A DNA stretch of 64,000 nt from Thecamonas trahens ATCC 50062 (taxonomy: Eukaryota > Protista > Apusomonadida). The stretch's first letter is position 1, and each line of letters opens with the position of its first letter. The notes beneath the pieces were generated by a model. The model searched no databases and was not told where the DNA came from. It was given only the letters and a program-made list of their open reading frames with translations. Below, in pieces: positions 9,397 through 20,637 of this stretch. The translations under genes and the position numbers were made by a program. The stretch covers positions 117,369 to 181,368 of the forward strand of contig NW_013657656.1 in the NCBI RefSeq assembly GCF_000142905.1, read 5' to 3'.

Positions 9397-10434
9397 ATGT
9401 CGCCTTTGTCAAGTACTGACCATGGCGACACATCTTATGCGTCGTCCGACGCCTCGCAATGCTCGTGCTCGTCCGACGCCTCGTGCTGCTCATCGTCCAA
9501 CTGCGATGGGTCATGCTCGGCGACAGTGGCGGCCAAGCCTCCGATGATGCGCACACCCGAGCAAGTTATCCGTGCGATGGCCGAGAGTATTGATGCCAGC
9601 CTTGATGAGTGCCTCTGGCAGTGGATCGTCCGTGGCGTTCTTGCCGGCGTCCTCATCACCACCGGCGCCTTCCTCTCGACCGTTTTCTCGGCCGGCGTCG
9701 AGGCCCACGGCCCGCAGGCGTTCATGGCAGGCCTCGGCTTTGTTACTGCAGTTTCCATGGTCATTCTCTCCGGATCGCTCCTCCTCAGCGCGTCGAGCAT
9801 CACCATTCCAATGTATCTTCTCGCTCGTGGCGGCTGGGATGCGGCTGTGGCTGCTCTCGGTCACCGGTGCGGCCGCGTGAGCAACGCGATCGATAACTTC
9901 CAGACCCGCGTCTTTCGCCCAAAACGTGCTGTTGCTATGTGGCTCGTCTCTATCGTCGCCAACTACCTTGGATCGCTATTTGCCGGCGCTCTGTTCGTGG
10001 CCGGCTCACTGCTCGACGCGCACTCGACTGCTCGTCTGGACGCCATCGTCCTCGCCAAAGTCAGCCCGTACTGGGCCAGCGGCGCACGCGGCTGGTTCTC
10101 GCTTGTGGTCTGGGGCATGATCGCCAACTTGCTGGTAGGGATGGCGGCGTACAACGCAACTGTGGCGCGCACACTGCCGGGTATCGTCCTCGGCATCTTC
10201 CTCCCGGTCATGGCCTTTGTTGTCCTCGGCGCAGCCCACTCGCCGACCAACATGGGCTACTTTGCGCTCTCGCTCATCAACGGCAACTCGCCGATCACCT
10301 GGGGCGATACATGGGCATGGCACCTCCCTGCCGCCATTGCAGGCAATCTTCTCGGCGGCGCGCTCCTCATCGGCTTGCCGATCTTCCTCGCCCATGGCGT
10401 CTCACCAACCACGTACCGCACCAAGATCATGTGA
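9397..10434 (+). CDS. Formate/nitrite transporter (FNT) family channel, copy 2
   Basis: Close paralogue of 6033-7061 (QWIVRGVLAG, HSPTNMGYFALSLINGNSPITWG, HGVSPTTYRTKIM); ATG at 9397. Confidence 0.85.
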   Translation: MSPLSSTDHGDTSYASSDASQCSCSSDASCCSSSNCDGSCSATVAAKPPMMRTPEQVIRAMAESIDASLDECLWQWIVRGVLAGVLITTGAFLSTVFSAGVEAHGPQAFMAGLGFVTAVSMVILSGSLLLSASSITIPMYLLARGGWDAAVAALGHRCGRVSNAIDNFQTRVFRPKRAVAMWLVSIVANYLGSLFAGALFVAGSLLDAHSTARLDAIVLAKVSPYWASGARGWFSLVVWGMIANLLVGMAAYNATVARTLPGIVLGIFLPVMAFVVLGAAHSPTNMGYFALSLINGNSPITWGDTWAWHLPAAIAGNLLGGALLIGLPIFLAHGVSPTTYRTKIM

Positions 10435-10506
10435 ACAGTCAGTACCACACCATGACATACACACACCTGACTTTATAGACATCCGCAGGTGCCATCTGCT
10501 ACACGC

Positions 10507-11082
10507 ATGGCAGAGCTTAGCGAGGTCGTTTGGGAGGCCGGCGAGTCTGCAGCCGAGTTTGAAGCGCGACTGGGCCCGGCGGTGACGACGGTGCGCCTGG
10601 CCAATACTGAGGAGGCCGACGACGCGACGTTGGCGATGGTGGTGACGAGCTGCCCGGCGCTGCGAGTGGTGGACATGGCCTGGTGCGGACAAATGACAGA
10701 CAGCGGCGTCGCTGCCCTAGCTGCTGCTGCTCCGCATCTTACCTCCATCACTCTCTCGGCATGCCCACTCATCACCGATGGGGCGCTGGCGGCCATCGCT
10801 ACACACTGCAGCTTGCTCACCTCGCTTGATCTGTTCGAGTGCGAGAGCGTGACCGATGCCGGTGTCGTCGCTATCGTCCACGGCTGCCCTCATCTGACGT
10901 ATCTCGGCCTGCAAGGGTGTACCAAGCTCACCGATACGGCCATGCTCGCCCTCCTCAACCTTCCCCATCTCGCAGACGCCTCGGTCGGCCTCACCTCGTC
11001 CTCACCCGCTGCCGTGGACAAGGTCAATAGCCACTGCTATGCCGTCATGCACGCCACGCCCACCACCTCCATCCACCTCTGA
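10507..11082 (+). CDS. Small cysteine-containing LRR protein (FBXL/AMN1-like repeats, no F-box)
   Basis: Repeats of CPxLxxLxLxxCxxITDxGVxA. Confidence 0.8.
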   Translation: MAELSEVVWEAGESAAEFEARLGPAVTTVRLANTEEADDATLAMVVTSCPALRVVDMAWCGQMTDSGVAALAAAAPHLTSITLSACPLITDGALAAIATHCSLLTSLDLFECESVTDAGVVAIVHGCPHLTYLGLQGCTKLTDTAMLALLNLPHLADASVGLTSSSPAAVDKVNSHCYAVMHATPTTSIHL

Positions 11083-12845
11083 TGGCCATATCCTACCCAC
11101 CGTACACATCGATCCCCCCCCCCCCCCCCCCCCCCCTCCTCCCCATTCCAGCCGCTACTACCCTCCGGCGCCTTCCACTTCCACTTCCACTCGGCTCGCC
11201 GTGCCACACTCACACTCACCACACTACCACTGCACCCTCGCCCCGCCCCATGGCCACCGCCATACCCACAGCCCCACCCATGCCCACCGGCACAACACCA
11301 TGCGTCACCTCGCCAAACCCAACGGCATCTGCTGCGGCATATACGGCATACCTCCCTGCGGCCGACTTTATGGTGGCGTCGCGGGCGTATGTGCTCTGCT
11401 GCCATGCGAGCATGAGTGGACCGACGCCGTCATCGCCACACGCCTTTGCCCAGGCTGTGCTCGAGACGCGGGAGACACCACATGCTGCGCTCGGTGAGTG
11501 CTCGAGGGTTGTATCGGCGCGTGTTCTCACCATCTTTGACGATCTGAGCCTCGAGTGCATGGATGCCACTTTCTCGGCCCTCTCGTGCGTGGAGATCTGC
11601 CTCGAGGCCATGCCTGGCGAGGCGCTCCGGGCCCGCGGCCTGCTCTACCGACACACGCTGCTGATCGACGCACTCGTTGCCGAGTTTAACGCGATATACG
11701 CCACCCCTGCGCGCGGATCTGCTGACGCCATGTTCCTCGACGCGCACAATCCCCCGTACCTGGTCTCCATCGCCACCGAGCTGCTCGACACGCACGGTGA
11801 GGCCATGCACTCGCCGCACTGGGAATGGCTGTGGACGCCCGAGTTTGTTCTCGCCAAGCGCGAGCTCGTCGGCAAGTGGTCACAGTTCTACGTCGGTGGC
11901 TTTGCCAACTACTCGGACGAGCTGTGGGCGTCGCGGGTGACCGGCAACCTCACCAATCGGCTCTCGGAGCTGCAGTTCATCCGGCCCAACTCGGCGCTCA
12001 TCTACATGACCGCCGACGAGTGGGCCAAGCACCACGGGTACATGGAAGAGCACTTTATCCGACAGATTCTACAGATTCGCGCCATTCATCTCATGCTCTA
12101 CCTGCTCAATGCCGAGCTGTCGACGGTCCAGCGGCTGCTGACCTCGATCGACGTCGGCGACATCTCTTCGGTCCAGCGCGAAATCGACCGCGTCCGCAAC
12201 TTTGACGACGTCATGTCCTCGCTCACCGCCCAGTTCTACGAGAAGCGACTCATCAACCGCCGACAGCACTCGCGCAAAGTTCTCAACACCATGATACGCC
12301 TCCTCGATCTCGACAATGCCCAGGCCTTTACCGCTGCACAGATGGACCGCGTCAAAGCCCGGGTCCGCGAAGCCAACGACATTGCCATCCAGGTCCAGCA
12401 GGCTCGCCAAAAGGAGTCGCTCAATCTCATCAACTACATTCTCGGCTCCGAGGTCCTCGTCTCGCTCGGCACCGCGCTGCTCGAGTACTTTGGCGGCCTC
12501 ACTTCGGTTCTTGGTGTGTGGGTCGACGGCGAACCGTCGTTTAGCGAGCGCCTGCTCGCTCTCTTCGCTTTTGGCGCCATCCTTGGTGCTGCTGCCTATC
12601 TCGGCTCACGCCTCTATGCCGCCTACCACACCCACACGGTGCGGGTGTCGATGCGGGCCAAACGCAGTCGTGCGCTTCGCAAGGCTCGTTCCATCGGCCG
12701 CTGGCGTGCTCTTGCCCGCCGCATAGAGTCATCTCCTGCCGTGTCGGCAACGCAACGACCCATCACCTCACCGTCGGCGTCGGACGGAGCGGCCCCGTCG
12801 AACCTCCGCCGCCGCCACCCGCTGCCACCCACTACCGAGTCTTGA
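11082..12845 (+). CDS. Hypothetical membrane protein with CorA-like architecture (soluble domain, coiled coil, two C-terminal TM helices); true start probably downstream of the poly-C tract
   Basis: Long ORF with host-like codon usage; IRPNSALIYM strand, long helical stalk, two hydrophobic segments; no GMN motif. Confidence 0.5.
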   Translation: MAISYPPYTSIPPPPPPPLLPIPAATTLRRLPLPLPLGSPCHTHTHHTTTAPSPRPMATAIPTAPPMPTGTTPCVTSPNPTASAAAYTAYLPAADFMVASRAYVLCCHASMSGPTPSSPHAFAQAVLETRETPHAALGECSRVVSARVLTIFDDLSLECMDATFSALSCVEICLEAMPGEALRARGLLYRHTLLIDALVAEFNAIYATPARGSADAMFLDAHNPPYLVSIATELLDTHGEAMHSPHWEWLWTPEFVLAKRELVGKWSQFYVGGFANYSDELWASRVTGNLTNRLSELQFIRPNSALIYMTADEWAKHHGYMEEHFIRQILQIRAIHLMLYLLNAELSTVQRLLTSIDVGDISSVQREIDRVRNFDDVMSSLTAQFYEKRLINRRQHSRKVLNTMIRLLDLDNAQAFTAAQMDRVKARVREANDIAIQVQQARQKESLNLINYILGSEVLVSLGTALLEYFGGLTSVLGVWVDGEPSFSERLLALFAFGAILGAAAYLGSRLYAAYHTHTVRVSMRAKRSRALRKARSIGRWRALARRIESSPAVSATQRPITSPSASDGAAPSNLRRRHPLPPTTES

Positions 12846-14566
12846 ACGATGTTCGCCGGCGGCTCTTGCTCGTCTTGCGCGATCGGGTGGCCCGGCCTCG
12901 CGGGCCACGCGAAATGGGATCTGGGCCCCGCGGCGGCAGCCGCGCAATCCGCTCCGACCGCGTCGGCTTGCGCCGTGTCTTGGCCTTGACCACGTGGTCT
13001 GCGACAACCGGTGGCGAATACACCACGTCGTGCATGTCAAACGAGTCGTCGAGTCTGCGCGCAGTCGAAGGGCGCGACTTGCGCGACCGGCGCCGCCTGC
13101 CGCTTCCATGCCGCGTCTTGGCTTTGGCCTTGGCCAGCGTCTCGGCCTTGCGCTGCCGTGATGCAAACGTCGATCGGTCAGGCGGCTTGAGCGGTGACGC
13201 CGCTACTCGGTTATACCGCCGCACCTTGCCCGGCGACGCAAACGCTGACGCCCGCTTGGTTGACACTCGCTTGCGGCCGACACGCTCCCGCCGGAGCGAG
13301 ACCCTCGGTGGCGTGACCGGCCCACCCGGCCGGCCGCGGCTGCGGCCGCTGCTTCGAGCCGGCCGCTGCGACCGGCTTCGCGACCGGCTCCACACCTGCT
13401 CGCCGCACGCGCACGACGACTTTCCGCAGCACGCCGCCCGTCGGACAACGCGGTTGACGACAAGGACCCCGTCGTCGCTCCGCATCACCCCGTCGGCATC
13501 CTTGCGAATCGAGCCCTGCAGCAACGAGTCGCGGAAGCCAACATACGATGTCTCGTCGAGCAACCCGCCCGACGACTCAAACGAGCTCTGCGCCAATGGT
13601 GGTGTCACCGGCCGTGCCGGCGCCCTCCCGTGCGGCGTGATATCGTTGCTCTGCAGCCGCGCCATCAGCGCCGCCATGCGGTCACTGGGCGCACCAGCCG
13701 CTCGTGCTCCATTCTCTCCTCCGTCGTGCCGCAACTGCCCCAGTCGCAACGGCGAGCTACTCCCACCACCCCCGCCGCTCGCCCCAGGCGCTTGCGCAAT
13801 GAGCTCCTCCATCTTGCCCAGCATCAGATGCTGCAGCTGCGTCGACGCCACCCGCACCTCTTGCAGCTCGGCCCGCAACGCCTCAATCTCTGACTGACGA
13901 GCCGAATCGCGCTCGCGCGGATCCAACGGCAGCGGAACCGCCACCAGACTCGAACGTCCATTACTAGCCGGAGGCTCAGCTCCGCTTCGGAGGCCTTGCA
14001 CCTGCGACGCAAACGGAATGACGAGCTGCGACGAGCCAGCCGTCCCGCCATCCGCCGAATGCGCCGCCCCGCTCGCCACACTTGCGGCAGACGGCGGGAT
14101 AAACACCACACCTGGCCGATGCGAACGCGACTGCGACTGTGACTGCTGCGGCGACTGTTGCGGCGACTGCTGCGGCGACTGCGGCGGACGGGCCACACGC
14201 TGCACACCGCCAGGGTACGGGAGCTCCACACCGCCCGCCCCTCCCGAGCTCCCCACCACGGCCTGGACCAAGCCACCGACCGAGCCACCGACTGCACCAT
14301 TTGCCATAGACACTCCCGCTGCCAACTGGGCCTGTTGTGCCCGCGCCGCCGCCACTGTTGTCGGCGCGTTGCAGCCGACCACCGAGTGCGCGCCAAAGGC
14401 ACCGTGAGTCCACCGCCGCCAGCCACCCGCCGCCATGGCTGCCGAGCCCAGAGCGCAGAGCCACCACCCATACCCACACACCCACACACGCATGCGCTCT
14501 CACACAATACCACGTACGTCGTGCTTGGAATCCGTCCAGCAGCTGCTGCTCGGCTGCAGATAGCAT
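12832..14566 (-). CDS. Hypothetical low-complexity basic protein with coiled coil; probable intron ~14356-14516
   Basis: Exon 1 MLSAAEQQLLDGFQAR, donor GTACGT, acceptor ACAG before VAAARAQQ; 553-aa ORF. Confidence 0.55.
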
Positions 14567-15200
14567 GGCGAGTGCACAGAGACGACTGTTGCCGCCGCGC
14601 CGCCGTCCGCGCGGGCCTCTCCCCGTACTCTCAACCACCACACCGCCAGCTCAAGTGCACGAAGCCCTGGCCATTCCTACACAATCCTCCTTCGCAGTAC
14701 AGGCTACACACGGCACTCCCCCTTATGCCATACGCATCCAGCTGGCCGAATGCTTGATCAAACAGGCCAAGCATGGCCTTCCTGCCAACTGCTGGTCATG
14801 GCTATGGCCAAGGTGCATGCTAAAAAATGCGAGAGCGAGCGCCTGCGAAAAAAGTTTGTCGGTTTGGGCGAGGGCAGGTCGAGGCATCCCCGGAAGGGAG
14901 CGAGAGCAGGGCGGGGAGGGGCTGGTGGTGGCAACACGACTCGCTGAAGGGTGTTGAACCTTGGTGCCGAGGTGGCGACTGCGACGCTTGTACTGGGCGG
15001 AACAGAGCGGCTTTCACACCCACGGGCTCGGAGCAATGAGCTCCATCCCGCACGCCTCCTCCTGGCCGCAAGGTACGTTTCGTGGCAGGCTTCCTGCTGC
15101 CGCTCCGGGGGCTGCGAGTCGCCCAAGGCTCATTTTTCAGGATGGGCTCACAGAGGGCTTAGGTGACACAGGGAGCCTGCAAGCAACCCAGCCGGTCGCC

Positions 15201-17239
15201 ATGGACGTGGGCGAGACTCGAGCAACGCCAGCGGACGCCCAAGGCGTCCCGCCGCGTGGAATGGACGTGCACACGGCTCAGCTCGTGCCCAACGCGTCGT
15301 CTTTGCAATCTTCGTCGGTCCGACGCCTTCCGCCGGCCACTCCGGACGACCTTCTCATGCATCCGTTCTCAGGCCTCCGCAACGACGGCCTCTTGCCACA
15401 CGATGCGCTGCCACTCGGGGCGCCGAGCACTGGCGGCCTGGGCATGCTCGACATGGAGCTGAGCGAGCCGCTCCCGACCTCGTCCGCCAACTGGACTCGG
15501 CTCGCCCACGAGTCGCCGACTGCGAGCCGCGCGACCCACGCCCAACTTGCTCCTGCAAAGAGGCGGCGAGTGCCGCTGGTGACGACTCCTGCGTATGGGC
15601 CCGAGTCGCCAGCAACCCTCGACGCACCGATTTCTCCTCTCGACCTTGCCCGTGCTGTCGTCTACACCCGTCAGATCAACGCGTCCATCGTGGCCCAGTG
15701 TGCACCAGAGCCCAGGCGGCCACTGTTCAAGCGCAACACGGCGCCGAGCCGGAAGCGCGATGAAATCCATCGCCGCATCCAGCAGCGGCGCGATAGCGCC
15801 ATGCGCCGCTACATGGTTGCCGTGTATGGAAAGCACAATCACCCGCGTGAGCTGCGCGGGCGTCGGTCACACATTGCCATGGCCCGCTTCCGCTACGAGG
15901 CCCTGTTGAGTCTCGACGCGCTCGCCACAGCCTACCGATCGGGCGTCATCTCGGCTGCCGACTACGATACGCTCACCACGCCACTGTATGTCCTTGACGA
16001 CGACATGGCTCCCGACGACGACGACCCTGCCGAGCTGCTCATGCCGTTTGCCAACGCTGCCGGCAATCTGGTCTTTCCACTCTCCCCGGCCGAAGGCGCG
16101 GCGGCTTGCCGACTGGTGGGCATCGATGGCGCGCCTCTGCGTGCTGTTATTGTGACGCCAGGTCCATCTCTCGCCGCCGAGCCGGCAGCGCCACTCGACC
16201 CGCCGTTTCCGCCGCTCCCGCCCCCAACATGGCCAAGGTGCCCAAGTATGGCTGCGCCGACCTTGTTGCTGCTCACACTGCGGCGGCTGGCCGGATTTTC
16301 CGCGCCGGCAAGAACACGGTGCTCGCCGCGCGACAGAGGCGGTACGAGGCGACCGACGACGAGCTCTTCCGCCACCTCGGCTACGGCTCGCGATACATGC
16401 CCAACAGCCGGCTAGACGACACCACGCCCCTTCATCCGGCAAAGCGGGCCAAGACATCCAACTCACAGCCGTTTGCCGGACAGTTTGTCGAGTCGTCCGA
16501 CGGGAACCAGCTGCGCCGCCTCGTACGCGTCGCGCCTGTCCGCCTCCCGTGGTTCTATGCCATCGCGCCCGAGTGCCGTACCTCAGACTACGCCGACGAC
16601 GAGCCGTTGGTCATCCGCATCATTGCTCGCCGGCACCCCATCGTCGCCACCGAAGACGACTGGGACCGCTTCTCCGTCCCAATCTACTCGTACTCGGGCA
16701 TGAAACGCCACCACGGTGGGCAGTGGAGCGGCAAGTCGTCGGCGAGCAAGTCTCAGTCCAAGTCCGGAGAGGGCAGGACGCCGCGCTCGTCGCGGGCAAC
16801 ACGCAAGGCCGCCAAGCGCCACCAATCGACCCGCGAACGCCAGCACGCCCGCATTGTCCGCAGGCCGGTCAAATACCCACGCCTCGACTTAGCTGGCTGT
16901 TTAATGCCGGATGGAACCAAGGTCAACGCGACCATCAACAAGCCGCGCGGCCCGCACCCCACCCTCCCGGGTGCCTTCTACTGGCAGGTCCAGCAAGGCC
17001 GCATCTCGCTCTTCAACGGATGGATGACCAAGGAGGAGGTTATGGATCGCATCCTCAAGCTATGCGCCGGCGAGCTCGAGCCGCCGCCGCCGCCAAAGTC
17101 GCGTCCACGCGAGCCGAAAAGAGTCAAGCAGCAGCGGCTGCGCGCTGAAAAGGCCCGCAAGCGCGCAGAGGCTCTCGTCCGCTCCCAGGGCACCGCCGTC
17201 GCCGCCCCGCGCTTCGCCATCGGCGATCTGGCCGATTAG
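15201..17239 (+). CDS. Hypothetical basic, probably nuclear protein split over two frames by a frameshift at ~16221-16225
   Basis: ORFs 14961-16415 and 16106-17239 join at a C5 run (PPLPPP/NMAKVPKY); NLS-like PAKRRR. Confidence 0.5.
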
Positions 17240-17272
17240 CCGAGCCCGTCTGCTCTGTTGTAAACGCGCTGC

Positions 17273-18463
17273 TCATGCCTCGCTGCCCGAGACCACAAAC
17301 GCATACGCATCCGGAAGTGCCGACTCGAGAAAGACCCGCTCGAGACCCTTGAGCCGTTTGGCCGCAGGCTCGCCGCTGCTCGTCAATGTCTCGGCCCGCC
17401 GCTTGCGGCTCGGCACCTGGTTCACCGCCGCCCGGCTCGGCAGCTCGTCGTCGAGCTTGTCGTACACGATCTGGAACTCGGCCTGAGCGCCCGCAGTGTC
17501 GCCGTCGCCCGACGGTACGACGCCAGTAAACTGGACCACATCAAATGCCAGCGTCGTCGCCACGTTGCTCACCAGCTCGCCGTGCATCTCCTGCAGGACC
17601 CGCACGTGCTCACGCCGCGCCACAAACGCGTGAAGCAGGTCCGAGACCTTCTCGATGAACGTCGCCACCGACTTGCCCAGGAACTCGCTGGCTACCGCAT
17701 CGAGCGGAAGAAAGTGCGGGAGTGTATGCCGGAACACGCTCGGCGGCTTGCCCGCCTCCTCGTCGAGCGCCAGGATGACAAAGTACGACTCGAAGAACGC
17801 GCCCTGGTAAAAAGTCTCGAACCGGATGCCAAGCTTGTCGTCGCCGACCGGAAACACAGACTTGCCCGCCAGACGGTACGCCTGCAGCAGGTCCTCGTCG
17901 GCCCGCTCGCCCACTCTCTGCGCCACATCGTCCTGCAGCTTTTCCAGCGCATCCCCCTCCACCGCCTTCACCAGTCCTCCCTCGCCCTCACCCTCGCCCG
18001 CGCCCGCAACAACCTCCGCACCAGCCGCCACCTGCGCCCGGACCGTCGCCTCGCTCCGCCGCCGCACATTCCGCAGCCGGACCACCAGCTCATCATGCTT
18101 CTTCTGCAACCGCCGCGCTGTAAACCCCCCTCCACCACACCACCACACATACCAGCCCACACAGCCCGTCAGTCATTCACCCCCCCCCCCCCCCCTACCC
18201 TTCTCCCCTCTTCTCTTCTCCGTCAAGGCGAAGGCCAGGAAAAGGCCGTAGATTCCCACCGCCACACGGTCTTTCCCGCCAAGATCGATCACCGCCGTCT
18301 CCCTCCCCACCCTCCGCACCCACATACCCTCCTCCTGCATGGCACGAAGCGAGGAGAACATCTCCTTGTTGTTCGTCTGCACCGCCGCCAGTGCATTCAC
18401 GTTGTCCACCAGTGCTGTCAGCGCATCCAGCGTGGCCGTTGTCAGTCCCCGTGAGACCTCCAT
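17273..18463 (-). CDS. CENPO: Centromere protein O (CENP-O/Mcm21), multi-exon
   Basis: AYRLAGKSVF, GIRFETFYQG, ESYFVIL, FRHTLPHFLPL, LHAFVARR; exon 1 MEVSRG... ends at a GTATGT donor. Confidence 0.8.
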
Positions 18464-18619
18464 GGCACTTTGCTCGGCGACGAGTGGTGGCGGTGGCAGT
18501 CGGCCTGGCTCTGCTGCCAGCCAGCCCTTCGCCGGCCGGTCGGCCAAGCCGCCCACTCCTCAGCCTGCCTGTTCCGACCACGCCCACCGCCTCGCCCACA
18601 AGCTCACACGCGCACACCC

Positions 18620-19624
18620 ATGGAGACTGCAGACGCACGGGTGGCGGCTGCTAATGAGGAGGACAAGCGGCACCTGGACCTGCGCTCGCTGGCGCTGACA
18701 GAGCTGCCGGCGGGGACGACGGCCGTCACCAGTCTGGAGCGGCTCTCGCTCGATGGCAACGCCCTCACCGCGTTGCCGGACAAGCTGACCGCGCTCAAGG
18801 GCCTGACGGCACTGGCTGCCTCGAGCAATGCCCTAGTTGACTTTCCGCCCGTTGCTATGCGTATCCCCACCCTCCGCCGCCTGCATCTCGCGGGCAACCG
18901 CATCGCCTCAGCTCCGCCCGACGCCGTCACCGGCCCAGCCGCTGCATCGCTCACCGCTCTCTACCTCTCGGGCAACGTCTTGGACGCTTTTCCTGATGCT
19001 CTTCTCTCGTGCACTGCGCTAACTACGCTGTTTATCGACGGCAACCCCATACGCGCGTTGCCTAACAACATCAACAAGCTCGCGAACCTCCGCGCTCTCA
19101 ACGCCTCCGACTGCGGCCTCGAAGCCGTCCCGGCCACCCTTGCCACACTGTTCGAGCTCGACACGCTCTGGCTCGCCGACAACGCGCTGGACGCGCTTCC
19201 GCCCGAGCTGGCCTCGCTAACACAGCTCACCTTTCTCGACCTCGCCCGCAATCGCATTGCGAGTCTCGATCCGAGCGCGCTCGCCCCGCTGGCGGGTCTC
19301 GAGCACCTCAGCCTTGCCGGCAACGCACTGCCGTCGCTCGAGGGCTTTCCTTTCGACGCGCTTGCATGCCTGCAGTCGCTTGAGCTCGCAAGTAACGCCA
19401 TTGTGGCCGTGCCTTCCGACCTGGCGCTTCTCTCGCCGTCGCTGACCAAGCTGACGCTCGCGTCCAACGCCCTCGTCGAGGTTCCCGCCGAGCTCGGCCT
19501 TTGCACCCGCCTCACCACCCTCACGTTGGTCGGCAACGAGCGCATCACCAACATGCCGCCGTCCGTTGTCCGCGACGGCTGCGCTGCCGTCCTCGAGTAC
19601 CTCAACGCGTCATACCGACCCTAG
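18620..19624 (+). CDS. Leucine-rich repeat protein (SHOC2/RSU1-type repeats)
   Basis: About 12 LxxLxLxxNxLxxLP repeats and a PPSVVRDGCAAVLEYL cap. Confidence 0.9.
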   Translation: METADARVAAANEEDKRHLDLRSLALTELPAGTTAVTSLERLSLDGNALTALPDKLTALKGLTALAASSNALVDFPPVAMRIPTLRRLHLAGNRIASAPPDAVTGPAAASLTALYLSGNVLDAFPDALLSCTALTTLFIDGNPIRALPNNINKLANLRALNASDCGLEAVPATLATLFELDTLWLADNALDALPPELASLTQLTFLDLARNRIASLDPSALAPLAGLEHLSLAGNALPSLEGFPFDALACLQSLELASNAIVAVPSDLALLSPSLTKLTLASNALVEVPAELGLCTRLTTLTLVGNERITNMPPSVVRDGCAAVLEYLNASYRP

Positions 19625-20346
19625 CCCCGGAGCGACCGCTGAACCTCTGCCACTTTGGCCATAAACAGCTCGGCTGCCCGCGCACGGTCGTCCACGTACG
19701 CATTGAGCTCAGTCTCGACCTTGCCGATCTTGCGACGGATGTGGCCAGCAACTCGGTCGTGGCCGGCAATCCGCTCCCGCCGCACGTCGGCAATCTTGCC
19801 CTCCATCCGCCGCAGCGCCGTGTCCAAACGCGCCGCAGACTCGGCCGCGCTCGAGCTCCTCGCCCGCCGCTCCTCGTCCAGCGCCCGCTCCAGCCCAGCC
19901 TGCTTCAAAGCTCGGTCGGCATCACTCACGGCATGCGCCTCGCGGACCTTGCGTGCAATCGTCCCGCCCTCACCCTCCATCCGCCGCCGTGCTCCGTCTC
20001 CGGCCCGCTCAGCCACAGCGAGCAACTGCGACGCCGTCCGTCCGGCGCCGTCCACCACCGCCACCGCGCCTGCCTTGCGTAACTCGGCCACCTGCTCATC
20101 CATCCGCGCCTGGGCCTGTGCAATGTCTTCGCCGTGCACCCGCACCGCCGTGTATGCCTCGGCCACCTGCGTGCGTGTGCGGGGGGAGGAGGGGTCAGTT
20201 CGCGCCAAAGTGACAGGGGGAGGGGGGGCGGGGGGGGGGGGCGGTACATCTGTGGAGAGCTCATTTGTGCGGCGCGCTATGCGTGCATTACGGTTGGCGC
20301 GTGCACCGTCTTCGGCTGCGGCTGCGAGGCGGGCTGGAGTTGCCAT
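19621..20346 (-). CDS. Coiled-coil protein, possibly SF-assemblin/beta-giardin-like; intron ~20169-20245
   Basis: Continuous helical pattern with repeated ERxxR units; poly-C intron with GT donor and CAG acceptor. Confidence 0.45.
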   Translation of the reverse strand: MATPARLAAAAEDGARANRNARIARRTNELSTDVPPPPPAPPPPVTLARTDPSSPRTRTQVAEAYTAVRVHGEDIAQAQARMDEQVAELRKAGAVAVVDGAGRTASQLLAVAERAGDGARRRMEGEGGTIARKVREAHAVSDADRALKQAGLERALDEERRARSSSAAESAARLDTALRRMEGKIADVRRERIAGHDRVAGHIRRKIGKVETELNAYVDDRARAAELFMAKVAEVQRSLRG

Positions 20347-20409
20347 GGCAGAGCGAGAGGTGGGTAGGCGGCAGGTGGACGCGGCGAACGCGGTGGGCGC
20401 CGCGGCCAC

Positions 20410-20444
<35 letters not shown>

Positions 20445-20637
20445 CCGGAGCTAAACGTCTACTGCCGTACCGTGGACGGTGAAATTGTCCGGCCGCAGGA
20501 CTGAAATCATCCCATACCCATACCCATGTCCATGCTCAGCCGCTCGAGCCAGCCACGCGGCTGCGTGGCCTCGACAGATGACCAACCGCGAGCTTCTTGG
20601 GCTCTCGTTCCAGGCTTGGTGGGCGGCAGGCTTTGAG

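Noticed and set aside
8776-10434. 552-aa ORF as a transposon-FNT fusion protein
   Set aside because: The first ~207 codons are the antisense of the Myb ORF and start at a non-ATG codon; the real start is probably 9397.
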